Below are positions 13,527 to 27,401 of a DNA stretch of 62,732 bases, in pieces. The translations under genes were made by a program, and so were the position numbers. Position 1 is the stretch's first letter. Each line of letters begins with the position of its first letter. Source of the DNA: Bilabrum cf. latius (taxonomy: Eukaryota); contig OZ237744.1 of NCBI GenBank assembly GCA_965178125.1, positions 1,302,001 to 1,364,732 of the forward strand, written 5' to 3'. The notes beneath the pieces are model-generated. The model saw only the letters and a list, made by a program, of their open reading frames with translations. It ran no database searches and had not been told where the DNA came from.

Positions 13527-14421
13527 CCAGGACCAGGAGCAAGGCGAGCAGGGGCAGGGCAGTGAAGTGCCTCTCCACAGCGCGGGCCATGATGAGGATA
13601 GCGAGGATAGCGAGGACGGTGGGGGCGATGTCGTTGGTGATGATGTCGCTGCCTCTACCGATCCTGCCGCTGTCCCAAGTTCAGCGGGCTCTGGACTGGA
13701 CTCGACTCTGCACGAAGGAAAAGTGGGGGCATCCAGTGGCAGCACCCACGCTTCTAAAGTGCAGAGTCACGAAGAGGCAGCAAGGGGCGAGGCTGCGCAG
13801 ATCTAGGCTGCAGCCCCTCGAGACCGAGAGGGAGGGCGCATCCGCTCCCTCGAGGCTGTGGCAGCCCGCCTGGCGCAGGCCCTGGAGCAAGAGCGGCGCC
13901 GGGCCGAGCACTGGCGGGCCCGGAGCATGCAGCCCCCGCCCCCTGCCAGCGAGCGGGAGGCCGCGCTGCGGGCGCAGCTGGCTTCTCTAGGCGCGGCAGT
14001 GGGCGGGCTGGAGGCTCGGCTGTCAGAGAGAGAGGCGGCGCTTGCAAGGGCGGAGGGAGCCGCGAGGCAGCTGAGTCTGCTGGAGGCCAGCGCGGTGCAG
14101 GGGGAGAGGGAGAGGGAGAGGGGCAGTGCGCTAGGAGGGTATGGAGAGGAGTCGGGGCTGTCGCAATACTCGTGGGGTGGCCGGGGTGGGGACAAGGACA
14201 CGGCGCGGGCACGGGGTCCCTCCGTCCGTCGGGATGGGGTGTTATCAGTGTCACCAGTGGAGAAGGTCCTGGAGAGTAGGACCGACGAGGTGCAGGCGCT
14301 GCGAGAGGCCCTGGAGCGGAAGGATGGCATGTTGAAGAGGCTCAAAGGGCAGGTGGAGCGCATGGGCTAGCGGCTGAGAGGCATCGCAGAGGCAGCGCGG
14401 CGTCAGACCAGCAGCCAGTGA
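8959..14421 (+). CDS. About 1800-aa low-complexity/coiled-coil protein of unknown function; probable intron 8998-9051; 6 in-frame TAG
   Basis: Track ORFs 9196, 11203, 12640 and 13858 share a frame and are separated only by TAG (11113, 12604, 13804, 14368; also 9103, 9118). First TGA at 14419. E/R/A-rich heptads. Confidence 0.7.
13495..13523 (+). repeat. (CAG)n coding poly-Gln tract
   Basis: About 9 consecutive CAG codons. Confidence 0.9.
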
Positions 14422-14512
14422 GCCTGCACGGTAATACCGGAACAGAAAAATTTGGGCCGGACGTGTTGTGATGACCAAGCAAATTTTCTTCGCTAAGTTT
14501 GCCCTGCAGGGC

Positions 14513-16903
14513 ATGCAAAGCTTGCGTGTGCCGGCTCTATCTATAATGGGATAGCTGCGACTAGATCAGAAGGCCCTTGACAGAGAGATGCACGCTATTC
14601 TTGTCGCACTTGAGGACACTTCGAAAAGCGGCGCCGAACAGCAACTGCGCTCCTGCGCGGGCCGGATACGAAAACTAGCGGAAAGAATGGATATCAGCAG
14701 GCGTCACTCGGTTCAATTAGCAAGTTAGCTCAAACTCAGATTCGCAGCAGCCGAAATGGAAGTAGCCCCAGCAGAATTGGTGGCGGAATTCTTGTGTAGA
14801 CACGGCGACAGCGATCTTGCTGAAGCCCTGCTGCTTCGAACGCCAGATTCAAATGGAATAATAACGGATCCAACAGCTGCTGCACAGTGCGCTGCCGATA
14901 CATCGTCTAATGATCGTGGTGCGGAGGGCTTGAGTGACCACGCAACGCCTCTGCTTGATGATATCGGTCCGGCGACAGACGGCAAGAAAAGTGTAAAAGA
15001 ATCATACGCCAAACTAAAAGCAAATACTGCAGCTGCAGCTGCTCTTTCGGCTTAGGATGGCACAAATTGCTGCTTTGCCCTGGCAGATTCGACGCCGAGC
15101 ACCCGAGCATCGAGCGTATCCTCGACAGTATCTGCTGTGAATTCGCAGCCTGCTAGTCAACGCGCGGTAGATGTGCCCCGTGAAGCTCGAATTGCAACTA
15201 CATCCGTGGATGTCACAATGTGGAGAGAGCCGAACGCCATCCGCGACGTGTTCTAGCGGCTTGCCGCGGGCCACCCCGCTTGCGAGAGTGATAAACCAGG
15301 GACCCAGCGTACACCCCCCTTGTCAGCGCGTGCCAGGTCGATGGAACGTACTCCGAGCAGCAAGGTATCACCTGCAAGCGACTACTTTTCACTCGGGCAC
15401 ACTGCAGTGGATGCTACCCTCAGTTGGTGTGCACGCCACGCCAGCCGGCTGCGCAGAATTCGGGTGAGGTAGCAGCCATCCAGCGCCATCCAGCGCCCAG
15501 TCTCGGGGCAAACCAGCTCAATGCTGAACATTGGTGCCTCCGCCTATCCACCAGACTCCTTGCCTTTTTCTACCTAGGCTCACTGCCTCTCGTCCCCTCT
15601 CTTTTCTCGCGCGCAGTCTCCTCTCGAATTTGCTATGCTCGCCCAAAGGTTTCTGCTCCTGCACCAGCAAGGCAGGAACCAGGAGGCACTGCAGCTGGCC
15701 ACGTCTATCCTGGCCAAGGTGGCTGCCCAGACGCATCGCGACGAGGCCGGTATGCGGGCAAAAGCCAAGGGCACGGGGCAGGTGGGGACAGCCGCTGCCT
15801 CAACGTCCAGCAGCGGACAAGATGCGTCGCAAGCTGCTGCCAGTGCAGGGATGGGTATCGCGCAATAGCTTGCCTCTGCACTTGGCTTCACAACTGCGAG
15901 CACGGGGCAGCCACGCTAGTCCGCTGCAGGTGTGGACAACTCGAGTCCTGCTCCTGCCCCACCTGCAGAGCGGCCTGCCAAGGAGCGAGCCCCTCCACGC
16001 TCACCGCTGCTCGCTGGGGCGCCGCCCTAGCATGGCGGCTCTACGCCTGCACCAGAACCAGAGATAACGCATACCAGGAGCCTGGCATCGTCGGCCTCTG
16101 CCTCGTGTGCAGGCACCGGAGGACCAGCCGACGCGCGGCGTGCAGCCACCTCGGGGTCGCTGGGACAGGCAGTACTGGTAGCCAGTCTCGCGGGGCGGGT
16201 GGCAGATCCACTCGAAGTGGCACTGTTTGGTTCTCATGCAGATGCATCGCGGGCTGGCCAAGTGCTGCGTGAAGGTAGGCCCATGCGAAGTGCGCGTGGG
16301 GCCCCAGGAAACTCGAGTAGCTTCGTGCGAGCACGCGGGCCTCTGCTCATGTCCCACCTTCAAAGGCTCATGGGTCTGCTTGCCTTCAGCACACCCATGC
16401 TTGCCTCTGATGCTATGCCGGACGCAGCCCAGCTGGTGGACCCTATGAGATGGCTTCTCCTGGACAAGCTACTCGAGCGGGAGGTGGCACTGGCTGCAGG
16501 CCTCGACAGCAGCTCCAGGCTGAGGCAGGCGGTGCACGCCGGTCTCATGGCGCTCAAGCCTCCAGTGGAGCCACGCACAGCGCAACGTGATGGACTCTCT
16601 GCACTGATGTCATCGGCGCCCCGCATCCAGCCAACACGATCCCAGCTGGTTTGCACAATAAGCCGAAAGCCGATCGGAGACGGGCCTGGGATGCAGCCCG
16701 GACCCGCTCTGATCCTGCCTTCCGGGGTTGTGGTCGCATCGTCTGCCATGGAGGGCATTCGTGTGGACGGGGGCGAGGGCGAGGGCGAGGGCGAGGGCGA
16801 GGGCGAGGGCGAGGGCGAGGGCGAGGACGATCCAACCGTCCGCTGCCCCACAACAGGTGCGACCTACCAGGCTTCCAAAGCTCGTAGGGTTTTTATCACT
16901 TGA
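14513..16903 (+). CDS. MAEA: MAEA/Gid9-like CTLH-complex subunit; intron 15464-15616; about 7 in-frame TAG
   Basis: SLRVP...QKALDRE N-terminus, LisH-like LVAEFLCRHG, CTLH-like LSWCARHASRLRRIR|SPLEFAML, C-terminal SQLVCTIS...LPSG...VRCPTTG...RVFI. TGA stop. Confidence 0.75.
16772..16825 (+). repeat. (GGCGAG)n coding microsatellite (GE repeats) inside the MAEA C-terminal RING-like region
   Basis: About 9 perfect hexamer units. Confidence 0.9.
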
Positions 16904-16934
16904 TTTTAGCCGCATGAGATCCGTCTTTTGAGCA

Positions 16935-19900
16935 TCACAACATCTCCTGAGCTGGGTTGGCCCTGATCGCACCCCATAGCGCAGCATGTGGGTCCCCATA
17001 CCGACACGCAGCCGATGCCGCTGCGGCAGCTGCCCTGGCCCCGGCTTGCTCCTCGGCAGAGTCACCATCTCCTTTTGCCCAATCGATGGAGATTGCATCA
17101 CGAGCCCAACGTGGCACCGTATGAGCCCCAACCACCCAAGTTGCTCTAAGGCACTCCGCGAGGTACCCTGCCAGCTCCAGCCTGCACTCTCGATCCGCCG
17201 ATGGTGCCAGGGACAGAGCCAGCCGCAGCATCTTCACGTCATGCAATGCTAGCCCTACTCGTCCAATGGCAATTGCAGCTGCCCGCCGCTCTTGCTCCTC
17301 GCTTGGGATTCCAACGGCAACGCACCACCCGAGTAGCCGCACTGCATCAAGCGCGAAGTCCAAGCCCACTAGCCCGCCAGCCATGGACGCCCCCCGTGAA
17401 CTTCCGCTCAAGTCCCGGAGCAAGCCCTGGGGCAGCCATTGTTTGGCACCCCTTTCCCCGTGGTGTCTACAGTGTCCTGCCAGACTCACCCCAGATACGA
17501 CGCTGAGGCTGGACTGCCGGACCCTGCCGATCCAGGAGGAGCCCAACAACTGCGCTGGATCGGCTGTGAACGTTCCCAAGCAATCGTCGTCTCCACTACC
17601 GATGAGCACGCATGTCTTGCCCTTGCTTGTATTTTGACCGTTCGAGGCGGACCCTACTACAGCGGTAGCAAGTTTGGGCGGGTCTATGGCAAATGCACTC
17701 AGCTGCCCGTCTGGTCCACTTTCGCCAGTTTCTTCATGCATACCGTCGGCCTGCACTAGCAGATGATGCGAGCTGCTCAGACGTTCTCGCCCATTCTGAC
17801 CTCTGCCAGCCTCACTGCCGCGTACATTGTATCCCGCAGTACGGAACACCTGCAGAATGGCAGGGTGCTGCTGAGAAACGAGACCTCCACCGCTTCTGCA
17901 AGACTCGAGCGCGTCTGTTTTGACTCCTGACGATCTATTCCGCTGTCGCCGTGTCAAGCCCGCCGTTCTCTGTTCCGTGACCATCTGTGACCCAGTACCG
18001 AGCGCCTGATTCCACTCCTGCATGCCGGCATCAGCGGCAGCGTACAGCGCAGCGAACTCGGAGTCCACCAACACGCGGGACAGCCGCTCCAGGGAGACAC
18101 GAGCCGCAAGCCCGCCCAACAGTGGCCATGCAGCGGCCCTTCCGACCACATCCCCCTCTGCCAAATCGTGCACCATTGACAACCAGGCGTGCGCGGCCGA
18201 ACCGATGGCTCCGGTCGCCACGAGCTCTTCGATTCGATACATTTGTCTCCGTGCTATCGATGTGCTTCTCCTGGCAGCACTGATCGACCGCGAGACACTT
18301 TTAGTGCTGCTGTTCGGGGCAACAGTAGCAGGATTTCTGCCCGCAGCACCATCTTTACCGAGCCATGTCTGTAGGTCCAGCACCCATCGTGAGTCGTTGC
18401 CATCACTGCCACTGGTGTAGGCCTGCACTATGGGTGTGATCGCCCTGAGCGCTCTGATCGCCAACACGCGCGATCCCGCGTCCAAGCTCACCCCTGAGGC
18501 ATAGATGGCCGGCCACCGCTAACCAAGTGCATCCAATGCGCGGAATACCGCTTGTAGGCCAGCCTTGCGTGCACCAGCAGAGGAGCGAAGTTGCCAAGCG
18601 GCGATCGACGCGAGGTCGTGCGCAAGCACGTCCCCATCAGCCTCACCTCTGCACCACAAACTGTCGCTCGAGTCCAAGAGCGGGCTATGCCAGACCCAAT
18701 GCGGGATCCCAAGCTCACGGGTTGGCTACTGAGTCTAGTTGATCGGTGCAGAGCTGGACAGAGCTACATATCGCAACATTCTTGGCCGACTCCTAGACGC
18801 TGCTAGCTCCCACACTTCATCTGGACCGCTACTCACAGCCGAGTACGCCTCCTCGGTATCCGGAGAAAGTAGCGCACCCTCACGAACAATTTCCACCTCC
18901 TCCTACGGCCTGCACGCCGCCAAGCGCTGCCTGATGCCATCAGCTGCAGGCCCCCCTCCGAGCGATGCGACGAGGGCGTCCACCTCTACGAGCCCTGGGT
19001 GCGGCCGTACCAGTCGCTCCAAGTCCCACACACGAGCTACAGCTTCTCGGAGTCTGAACATTCCGAGCAAATGCAGCAGAAACGCAGACAGGCCCGCCCC
19101 TACGCTGCGCGTGGCTACTGTGTCGCTGCGGCTGCCCTCGCTTCGCACAATGGACTCGTTCGCAGCGTGGATCGCACCGTGCAGCGAGACTGCCACGCGA
19201 AGTCCAGCACGTGCGCAGACATCAAGCTCTTGCCCAGCTGCACGGAGGCTCCTGTTCCTGGCACCACCAGTCGATAGGCGGTGCCTGGCTTCTGCGAGTC
19301 CGCGCGCCATCCGAAGAATGCCTTCGATCCACACTTCCGCCGCCCTGGCAGTTATGAAACTATGTGTGCTTGCTAATGCAGGTATTATTTTCGATTGATT
19401 GGCGTCATTGGCGACCACTGGATCTGTCATGGTCTGCAACTTGCCGATGCTGCTGATGGCGCTTTCCATCACGTCCCTACTGGCTTGCACCAACCGCGCG
19501 ACAGCGGCAGTCTGCCGGTCGCCCTGCTGGGCTGCGCATCGACTGGCCATGTCAACGGCGGCATGAATGCGAGTCAAGTGACACTGCGCACACCCCATTG
19601 CGGCCTGTGCCATTGCCGCGTCGATTTCTGCCATGGACGTGCCGCGGGGACGCAAGCTGCACGCGCACTCGCTTGCTGCACCCAGTCGTTGTCGACGCAT
19701 GCCGGTATACCCGCGATTTACGATGCTGTAATTATGTGCTTCAACTTCGCTGCTGCCCTCCAATCCAGCCACATCCTCCCGCTCGTCTAATGGGTGCAGT
19801 CCCGAGTCTTGGCAGAATACAGCAAGGCCTGCACCAATGCGGCCAGCACTGCTATCACTTCGCAGCGGAACATCCACTCGAATAAGTGGGACCTAGAACG

Positions 19901-20387
19901 ATGAATATGATGGTGTACCCTCCTTTGCGGAGTGAGTGTCAGGACTGCCTGTGCATGCACTGATATTGGATCGAATACCATCCAGCACGGCACCTGCTCC
20001 CGCCTGCGTCGTTGAGCCCAGCACATCCCTGACAGCAGATGCCAAGAGGTCAGCCCGATTTAATCTGAAAAACTGCAGCAATAACGCAGGTTGAGGTAAA
20101 TCTCCCGTATGCGCGCCATCTACGAGTGCCGCAGCTTGCCATGTTGGGGAAGACTTCATAAGTATCTCCCTGTCCCCGTCGTCATCCAGTGAACTCCGGT
20201 GATGATTCATCGTATACTACCATCCATGCTGTGTGATAAGCTCACGCGCCTTCGGCACGGAGGTTGGACTCGCGGACAACCAACATCGGTGGACTGAGGT
20301 GTCCCTTGACATCCGTCGCATGTTTGAAGCTATCCGTAGCCTCCAATTCTCCGAAAATCGCATGGGCCTACAAGTGACTTTGAACAT
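16935..20387 (-). CDS. About 1150-aa helical protein of unknown function; about 6 in-frame TAG; start uncertain
   Basis: Track ORFs 16935, 18903 and 19893 share a frame. The gaps contain only TAG. Arg-rich N-terminus might be a transit peptide. TGA stop. Confidence 0.6.
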
Positions 20388-20538
20388 TGAGTCAGCGTAG
20401 TGCTTTGCATTCGATATACATCTTTAAACGATGCAAGTGCCAAACAATCAAAAGGATGGGGATTGCGTGTTTGATTCCGGACACTGTGGCACTCCCGTTT
20501 GGCAGCCTTGCTTGTCCGTTCGTTTGGACAGGAAATCT

Positions 20539-21711
20539 TCATTGATCGATCTCAACATGTTTAAAAATTCCTTGGTAGGAGCTGCAGATCGAGGCTGCCG
20601 GGTGCCACTCGAGCCAGTCCAGCATGACCTTGAACTCAAGCAGACGGTTATCTGTGAGGCACTCCTCTGAAAGTGCGATGGGCCGAAGCCGTCGGTCGAA
20701 CCACTCCCTTCGAAACAGCACAGGGTTGTTGCTCCAATTTGACTCCGCACTGGAGTAGCACAACGAGCGCACGCCGAGGGCGGCGTCCCCACGCCCGTCG
20801 TTGGCGCACTGCACCACCCTTCCCTCCGAGTTGGCGACAACGCTGTCGTCACAGTACACACGTAGCCAGTTCATGTGATCCGCAAAGCTACCTGCCGTCT
20901 TCCAGTAAGACTGAAAAGGGCAGTTCGGCTTCGCACCCGGGGGTGTCGGCGCGCAGCAGTCGGGCATGCCCTCTGCTGGGAAATCCGTGTGGCCCCTCAA
21001 GCGGTAGACATCCACACCCCGAGCCATGTGTTGCACCGCCGCCCAAAGTTCCCTGATCGTCCGCTCACGAGACGCTGTGAGCTCGAAATCTTTCTCCATG
21101 AAGAGGATGATGTCAGCGCTCGAGTTCCCGACCAGGTACGCAATGCCCCCGGCCGCCAGCACGTTTCCCCCGCGCTCTGAGGTCTCGTATATGTCCATAC
21201 CAAACTCTTTTCCCAGGGATCTGTCTTCCTATGTGGGTGAGTTGATAAACAACATTGACTCGTCCACTAAATCGAGGAGCCCGTTTCGCCTCCAGCTCTG
21301 CAGCGAGTGCTGCAACGATAACGGTGCCTTGTATGTGATGGCAGCAAGCGCAATCGTTATGTCGGCAGGGTCAACTCCATTGTCTTCGCCGCAGTAAGGG
21401 TGTTTCGCAAAATCTAATCTCTCCTGCTTCAGCGCCGGAGGGAGTGCCTGAAATAGCTTTGACTTCGAGCTTACACGAAGACCCGCCCGATTCCTCTATC
21501 GCTCATTGGCAACTAAACCGCCAAGCAACCATTCATCTTCGGTGCTTTTGTTGGAGGCCTCCTGTTGGTCTCCAATGGGTGTCGCAATTAAGAAGACAAG
21601 TGCAACGAGCAACGCACAGCCTACGCAGCCAATCTTGGACCGGCTCAAAGTGAAGGAAAATGATATTGGCTCCGAAAACCATTCATAGCTTGACTAGTGT
21701 CTTCTCTTCAT
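20539..21711 (-). CDS. Type II membrane glycosyltransferase-like (GT-A-like) protein; 3 in-frame TAG
   Basis: With TAG=Gln: N-terminal TM segment (IGCVGCALLVALVFLIA), ITYKAPLSLQHSLQSW..NGLLD, ILFMEKDFEL (DxD-like position), NWSNNP. TGA stop. Confidence 0.6.
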
Positions 21712-21851
21712 GCGCCTCTTGATTGCGGAAGCACATTTCGGTTGCTTGTGTGCCGCCGGCTCCGAATCTCGGATCCACGCTCATCATCATTGAGACTGGT
21801 CACGTTTCTGGTGAGAGTATTTGGCTTCATGTACAGCCGGGATCCAATCAA

Positions 21852-24800
21852 TCACATGCCAGGGTACGCTGGTGTGCCATGTCCTGTAGCCGCTCCGCTG
21901 AACCCACCGGGGTGTTGGCGGGTTGCGTCCCCACCGCCGCGACGGAGCCTCTCTTCAGCCGCACAATCGTCCCAGTGCTGTTCCAGCATCTTAACAACTT
22001 CCTCCTTGCTTTCCAGCTTCACGCTGTCCACCCCGTTCTTCTTGAGGTGCACCAGCATGCTCTGAATCTTGGGCTCCGCTGCCAGCATGCGCGCCACATT
22101 GGCAAAGTCCTGCACGGGCAGACCTCGGGAGCCTCCTCTGCGGAGCATGCCGCCCTCCAGCACCGTCGCCTGGCCCCGCCTGATCTGAAACTTGTCGGGT
22201 GCGTTTGGGTCCTGCGAGTAGTACGACACGGCCAGGCTGCCTGGCTGGCTGCCACACCGAAGCATGCCCAGTCCGACCGCATTCCAGGGCTTTGCCAGCT
22301 GCCACAGAAAGTTGGTGGCATTGTCTGTGTTGACGAAGGGCTTGAACAGAAACCTATACCTGGGGTGGACCAAAAGGAGCGGCGACAGCTGCTTGAGCAC
22401 CTGGGCAGCGTGCTGCAGCCAGTCCCGCACGAACTTGCACCACTTTGGTCTCTCCACCCACCCCCCGTCATCCCGAGTACACGCCCCTTTGCCCTCCGCC
22501 ATTCGCTCCAAGTCGTCCAGGTCCATCTGCTCCACGGCAGGGACGCTCCAGCGCGTGGCCAAGGGCCCGTCTCCGCTGCCGTCCACTGCGTGCAGAAGGA
22601 AGGAGCGGGTGCCCGCCATGACGGCCCGTAGAGGCAGGCCCCGGGAAGGGTCGATCTTGCGGTGCGCCGCCCCTGCTACTGCATGCCCGCCTCCGCCGCC
22701 CATCGACTCTCGATACGACCGCATCGCCTCCTTCCAGACCCTCGCCTCGGGAGTCAGGAAGCCTTTGTGCTCCCAGCGACACAGCAGCCCCCTCTGAATC
22801 TGCGGGCGCACTCCGCTCAGCATGAAGTTGGCCTCGTGCTAGCGCTGCACCCACGACACGGTAGAAGCAGTCGGCTTCACCGCCTTGACTTCGGCCTCCA
22901 ACGCAGCGATGCTGGATGGCGGCACCCCGCTCGGTGGACGAGTCATGGCCTGTACGAGCACACGAGGGCAACCCTCGGCCAGCTAGAAGGCCGGCTGCTA
23001 GAACAAGAGGTTCTTAAGAAAGTGCTCTTGCTTCTTCTTCTTGATCGACTTAGGGATTTCCGTGATGCCAAAGTCTTCCATATTACGCCTGAACCTCAGT
23101 CCATTGAAGTCTTGGTAATGGGCGTCGAGAAGCAACCAGCCGACGGCCATGGCAGCGCTCGAGCCCAGCAGCTTGAGCTTGGGCATCTAAACCTTCACCA
23201 CGGACCTCATACCGGCAACTTGGGACCGCATGATCGGACTCGTAGTGCAGCACGTCACCATTACGGACACCTGGCCGGGATGCTCCCTCCCTGCCGTGTC
23301 CCTGCCCTCGTGCCTCCATGCGAAGCCATCTCCATATACTGCGCCGGCATCCAAGTCGCTAGGAACGGAGGTATCGCTTCGGACTCCAGAGCTAGGCATA
23401 GCGGGCGCGCTTCTATCTACACCTGCTCCCACCGCGCTCATGAGATGCCCCTGGGATGAGGCGTGGCCTATTTCTGGGCTGCCAGCCTGCAGCAGCGCCG
23501 CCACTAGCTCCTCTACTGGATCTAGCTGCTATATGCGGGATGCGTGCGGCACTGGCACGCTCTGGCTCTTTATGGCAGAGGCAGGGGCAAGATGCCCGTG
23601 CGAGTGGCTTGCCATGGAGGAGGCACCGCTTCCTGCTGTCTCATGGCGCTCGCGGTGCGGCCATTCGGCGGCATCACTGCCGCCCCGCGCCCTGGTAGAC
23701 CCGCCCAAACCCACGCCCGAGTCCTGCACCGATGCTGCCCTTGAATGGCCAGCAGGGCTCAGTTGAGGCACCGAACCCAGCAGATCACCCGCGGCGACAG
23801 TCGGGGTGTCATCTTCGGCAGGGTTGACTTCTTCCTCAATGGTTGGGATGCTGCTTTGGGCAGCCATGGCTCCGGCCCCGGCACCTGGAGGCACAGGGTC
23901 CGCTCCGTCCAGTACTACGAGCGAGTCGCCCCATGATCGGAGGCAGCTGCTCACCTTGTCGGCACCGCGCGCTCGAATCATGCTCCTGAATCGCTTGTAG
24001 TAGCACTGCTCGTTCGATGCCTAGACGCGCAACTCGTGCTCAAGTATGCTCAGACGGTTTTCCACCGCAGCACTCTGCGCAAGGAGAGCCTCGCTCGGCT
24101 AGGCGGGCCTGGTGGCGGCCCCAGGGCCAGCGCCCACCGCAGCCTGCTGCGCCCTGATCTCACCGAGTTTGTCCCTTACCGCTGCCACCTCTGTCTACAA
24201 GAACCTTGCGCGTTCACGAGAGTCCGCGAGCGCGTGGCCGACACCTGCAAGCACGCAGTCCCGCACTCGCCTCCATAGGGCAAATCGCCATTGGTCATGA
24301 AACGGCCTCATGCCATCCGCTGAGTTGCCCGAGAGCACTGGGGCCGCTGCTGCAGATGCTTGGTCCGAAACCCTCAGGCCCTCCTCAGTGAGCCCCATCT
24401 ATGGTAGGCCAGGCCCATGGCCTCCAGACGCCATCCCACCGGCACGGAAGCCACGCCCACCCACCACAGGTTGTCCAAAGATGCGAGGCTGCCGGTCTTC
24501 GATCTCGTTGCGCGGGGGCTGCAAGTTCAAGCTCGGAGCCTTCAGGCGCGCGTCTTGCTCAGCGAGGTACCCGGATGCCGCCCCGTCAACGGGTGGTCTA
24601 TCACTCTGTATGTCGCCAATCGGCACAACGAACACCCCGCCGGGGTAAACTGCACGGTACCGCAAGTGATCGGCCAGCAGCAGGGACATGGCTGTCTTGC
24701 CCACTCCAGGAGAGCCGTGCAGCAGTAGGAGGCGCGACTCCCCTTCCACTGGAACGAGGGCGTTGAGTGCTCGCCACAGCTGCTTGTGCGCGGTGCGGGC

Positions 24801-25709
24801 CACCAGCCGAGTCTCGGTGCGAGCGTTGCGCACGTGTCCCAAGCCCATGCGAGGGACGTGAAAGGGGTGTTTGCGCCCCAGACCGTCCACGATGCTGGTG
24901 CTGGGAACGCCTCCTAGTTGGTTGTAGCTGAAATCGAGCCGCCTGTCAGCTTCTTGCATCGTATGTTCATCAACGTGGCCTAGATACATCACGGGAGACT
25001 CTTGCGAGTCACCACCTGCGGGGTCTGCCCCCGCTACGTCGTGTGATGCAGCGGTGCCTGATGACCCGGATCTGTGATCTGCAGGGGCGCTGCCCGCGCA
25101 CAGCAGCCGGAAGTACTTGTCACTCTCGAACTTGCCGTCCTGCATGGTGGTCATGCGGGCGTTCATGAAGGCCTATCGTGCCGACACATTCTTCAGCAGC
25201 TGCCGATAAAACTAGAACGTAAAATTGCTGAACATCTTGTCTGGGACATCACGCGTACTGACGACGACGTACGGCACCCCAGCCTCGCACACGATTTTGC
25301 CGCTGTCGAGGGACTGGCAAGCTCCCAGGTAAGCGAGAGACGGCGGAGAAGAGCCTTGTTGCAGCAAATCCCCAAATTGTTTGCTGATTATATCAAGAGT
25401 CAGAACAGTTGACTTGCCACTAGTTTGCTCAAACACTAGCCCGTTCCGCTGGCCATGCCCACAAAAGTGCAGGATCTTCATGCGCTGCTAGCAGGCATCT
25501 ACGAAGCACTGAGCAGTCGCTGGTCTGGAAAACATGGAAATGTGGCAACGCTCATTCCGAGCAGCTTGTAGAATGCTTTTTACTTCCCGTGCAACATCCA
25601 GTCTCTCGAGTGGCCTCGTCGCTGGCTCGCCATAGTCCGAGTGCTTCACCTCCTCTAGGAACGGCTACGAATACAAGAAAGCCACATCGTATTGGAGTGA
25701 TGAGGACAT
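21852..25709 (-). CDS. CHAT (caspase-like clan CD) domain plus P-loop/STAND-like NTPase protein, about 1285 aa; about 13 in-frame TAG
   Basis: One frame from ATG 25709 (MSSSLQYDVAFLYSQPF...LDVAREV) through ILHFCGHG, YLGACQS and LLLHGSPGVGKT...YPGGVFVV to TGA 21852. Seven track ORFs are joined only by TAG. Confidence 0.75.
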
Positions 25710-25976
25710 GGGATACACGCTTCCAAATGGAAAGTCGAACGAACGAACCAGGCCCCTGGTTGTAGATCAATGTTAACGGTATATCAGTCGTTTCAATCGA
25801 ACTGAGAAGATATCGACGACGCGTTTACGCCTATAATGCACACTTTCACGCTAAGTCGAGAGAGTTTACCGAAGAGTAGGGACCAGTGCTCACGATCTTC
25901 CCAGGTGCACCAAATCTGAGTTCTTATTCTAACTGCACTGCACATTTCATATTTGGACTTTTGTATTGCACGGAAG

Positions 25977-27401
25977 ATGGCGGTTGCTCCGCTAGACGAA
26001 ACAAGGTAGACCATTTTAAATAAAATATATAAATGCCTTAAGGAGAGATATGCGCTCAGCTCGTTCAGTTTGAAGATATTGGAGACAAGGATCCCGCTAG
26101 TGTTCGAAAAGGAAGACTATAGTCGAATGGCAGGGTATCTACACGTGCTTATCGGAGGAAAGCGCCCACCATGCAATCCGTATTAGTCGGGCTGCCCTGA
26201 AATCGTGCCAGGGCTGCGCTCCTAGCCGATCTGGTTTCCGAAGTAGTCAGGGAGCTCAAGGTTCGACTGGCTGAAGGACTTGCAAAGTCGTTGGAAGGAC
26301 ATATCAACAGAAGCAAAAGAAATATGGTCCGAACGTCATGGATTTCAAGAGTACAGAGCGCCAAAGTGGGCTGATGGGCCTAAGAGAAACGCAGATGGCA
26401 GTGCTGCAGGTGTGTCGTCCGGACGATGGGATGTGTTTTACATAGATTTGCACGACGTTGCCCCATTTATATAGGAAAACAGAAAGAAGGTACCCCACAC
26501 TTGCGCTGCGTTGGATGCCTGCATCCCGAAAGGGCGAGCATATGGCCACGCGATGTTCTCGGTCCTTCGAGCTGGCAGCCATGTCACACCACATCATGGA
26601 CCAACCAACAAGAAAATCAGAATATAGCTCCCTCTGGTTGTACCTGGCTACGCATAGGCTCAACTAAGACCGTGTCCGCCTGCTCCTGAGACTAGATCGG
26701 CCACAGGGCTAGCGCTGGCCCCACATGCGCTCGCATCGAGTGGGCCCGATGATCCAGAGAGCACCGCATCCACTGGCACTAGCACCAGCTCAGTATGGAA
26801 GGAGGTCGATTCAAAGACCGCTTTATAGCCTCGATCCGCCGAGATAAAGGCCGACGACCGTCTGGGTCCAAAGGATGGCTAGTGCGCCCTGCGAGCTGGG
26901 GACCAGATGCACGTGCTGCAGGAGGGGCGCGCCTTCGCTTTCGACGACTCGTTCGAGCACGAGGCGTGGAACATGGCACGCGAGAGGTGCACTGGCGCGG
27001 GGAAAGGAGCAGGTGCCTGCGTAGACGCAGCTACCGAGGCTGGGCCATGTCCCAGCTCAGCGCCGGAGTTGGCCGAGAGCTCGAGCACGACTGGGACGGG
27101 CCTGTCTGACGGCGATCGGCTTGTCCTGATCGTAGACGTGTGGCATCCAGACCTATCAGACGCAGAGGTGAAGCTGTTCAAGTTCTTGCAGGCCGCGCAA
27201 ATGAGGGCAGCGCGGGCCGCCTCCTCCCGGGGGCTCGTGAAGGGGTCCGATGATTTCGTCGGGCTCATCGCTGGGGCGGATCGATCCAGTGCGGGGGGCG
27301 GTCCGCCCGTGCAGGTGCAGGCGCAGGAGGCATCCGGGGCAGTATAGGCTGCATCTGGTGGGGCATCTGGGGGCACGCCTACAAGTGGGGGACTTGTGTA
27401 A
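25977..27401 (+). CDS. Aspartyl/asparaginyl beta-hydroxylase-domain 2OG-Fe(II) dioxygenase; about 10 in-frame TAG; ends in TAA
   Basis: PGLRS[TAG]PIW, FSVLRAGSHVTPHHGPTN, FDDSFEHEAWN, RLVLIVDVWHPDL in one frame. TAA at 27399-27401. Confidence 0.85.
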
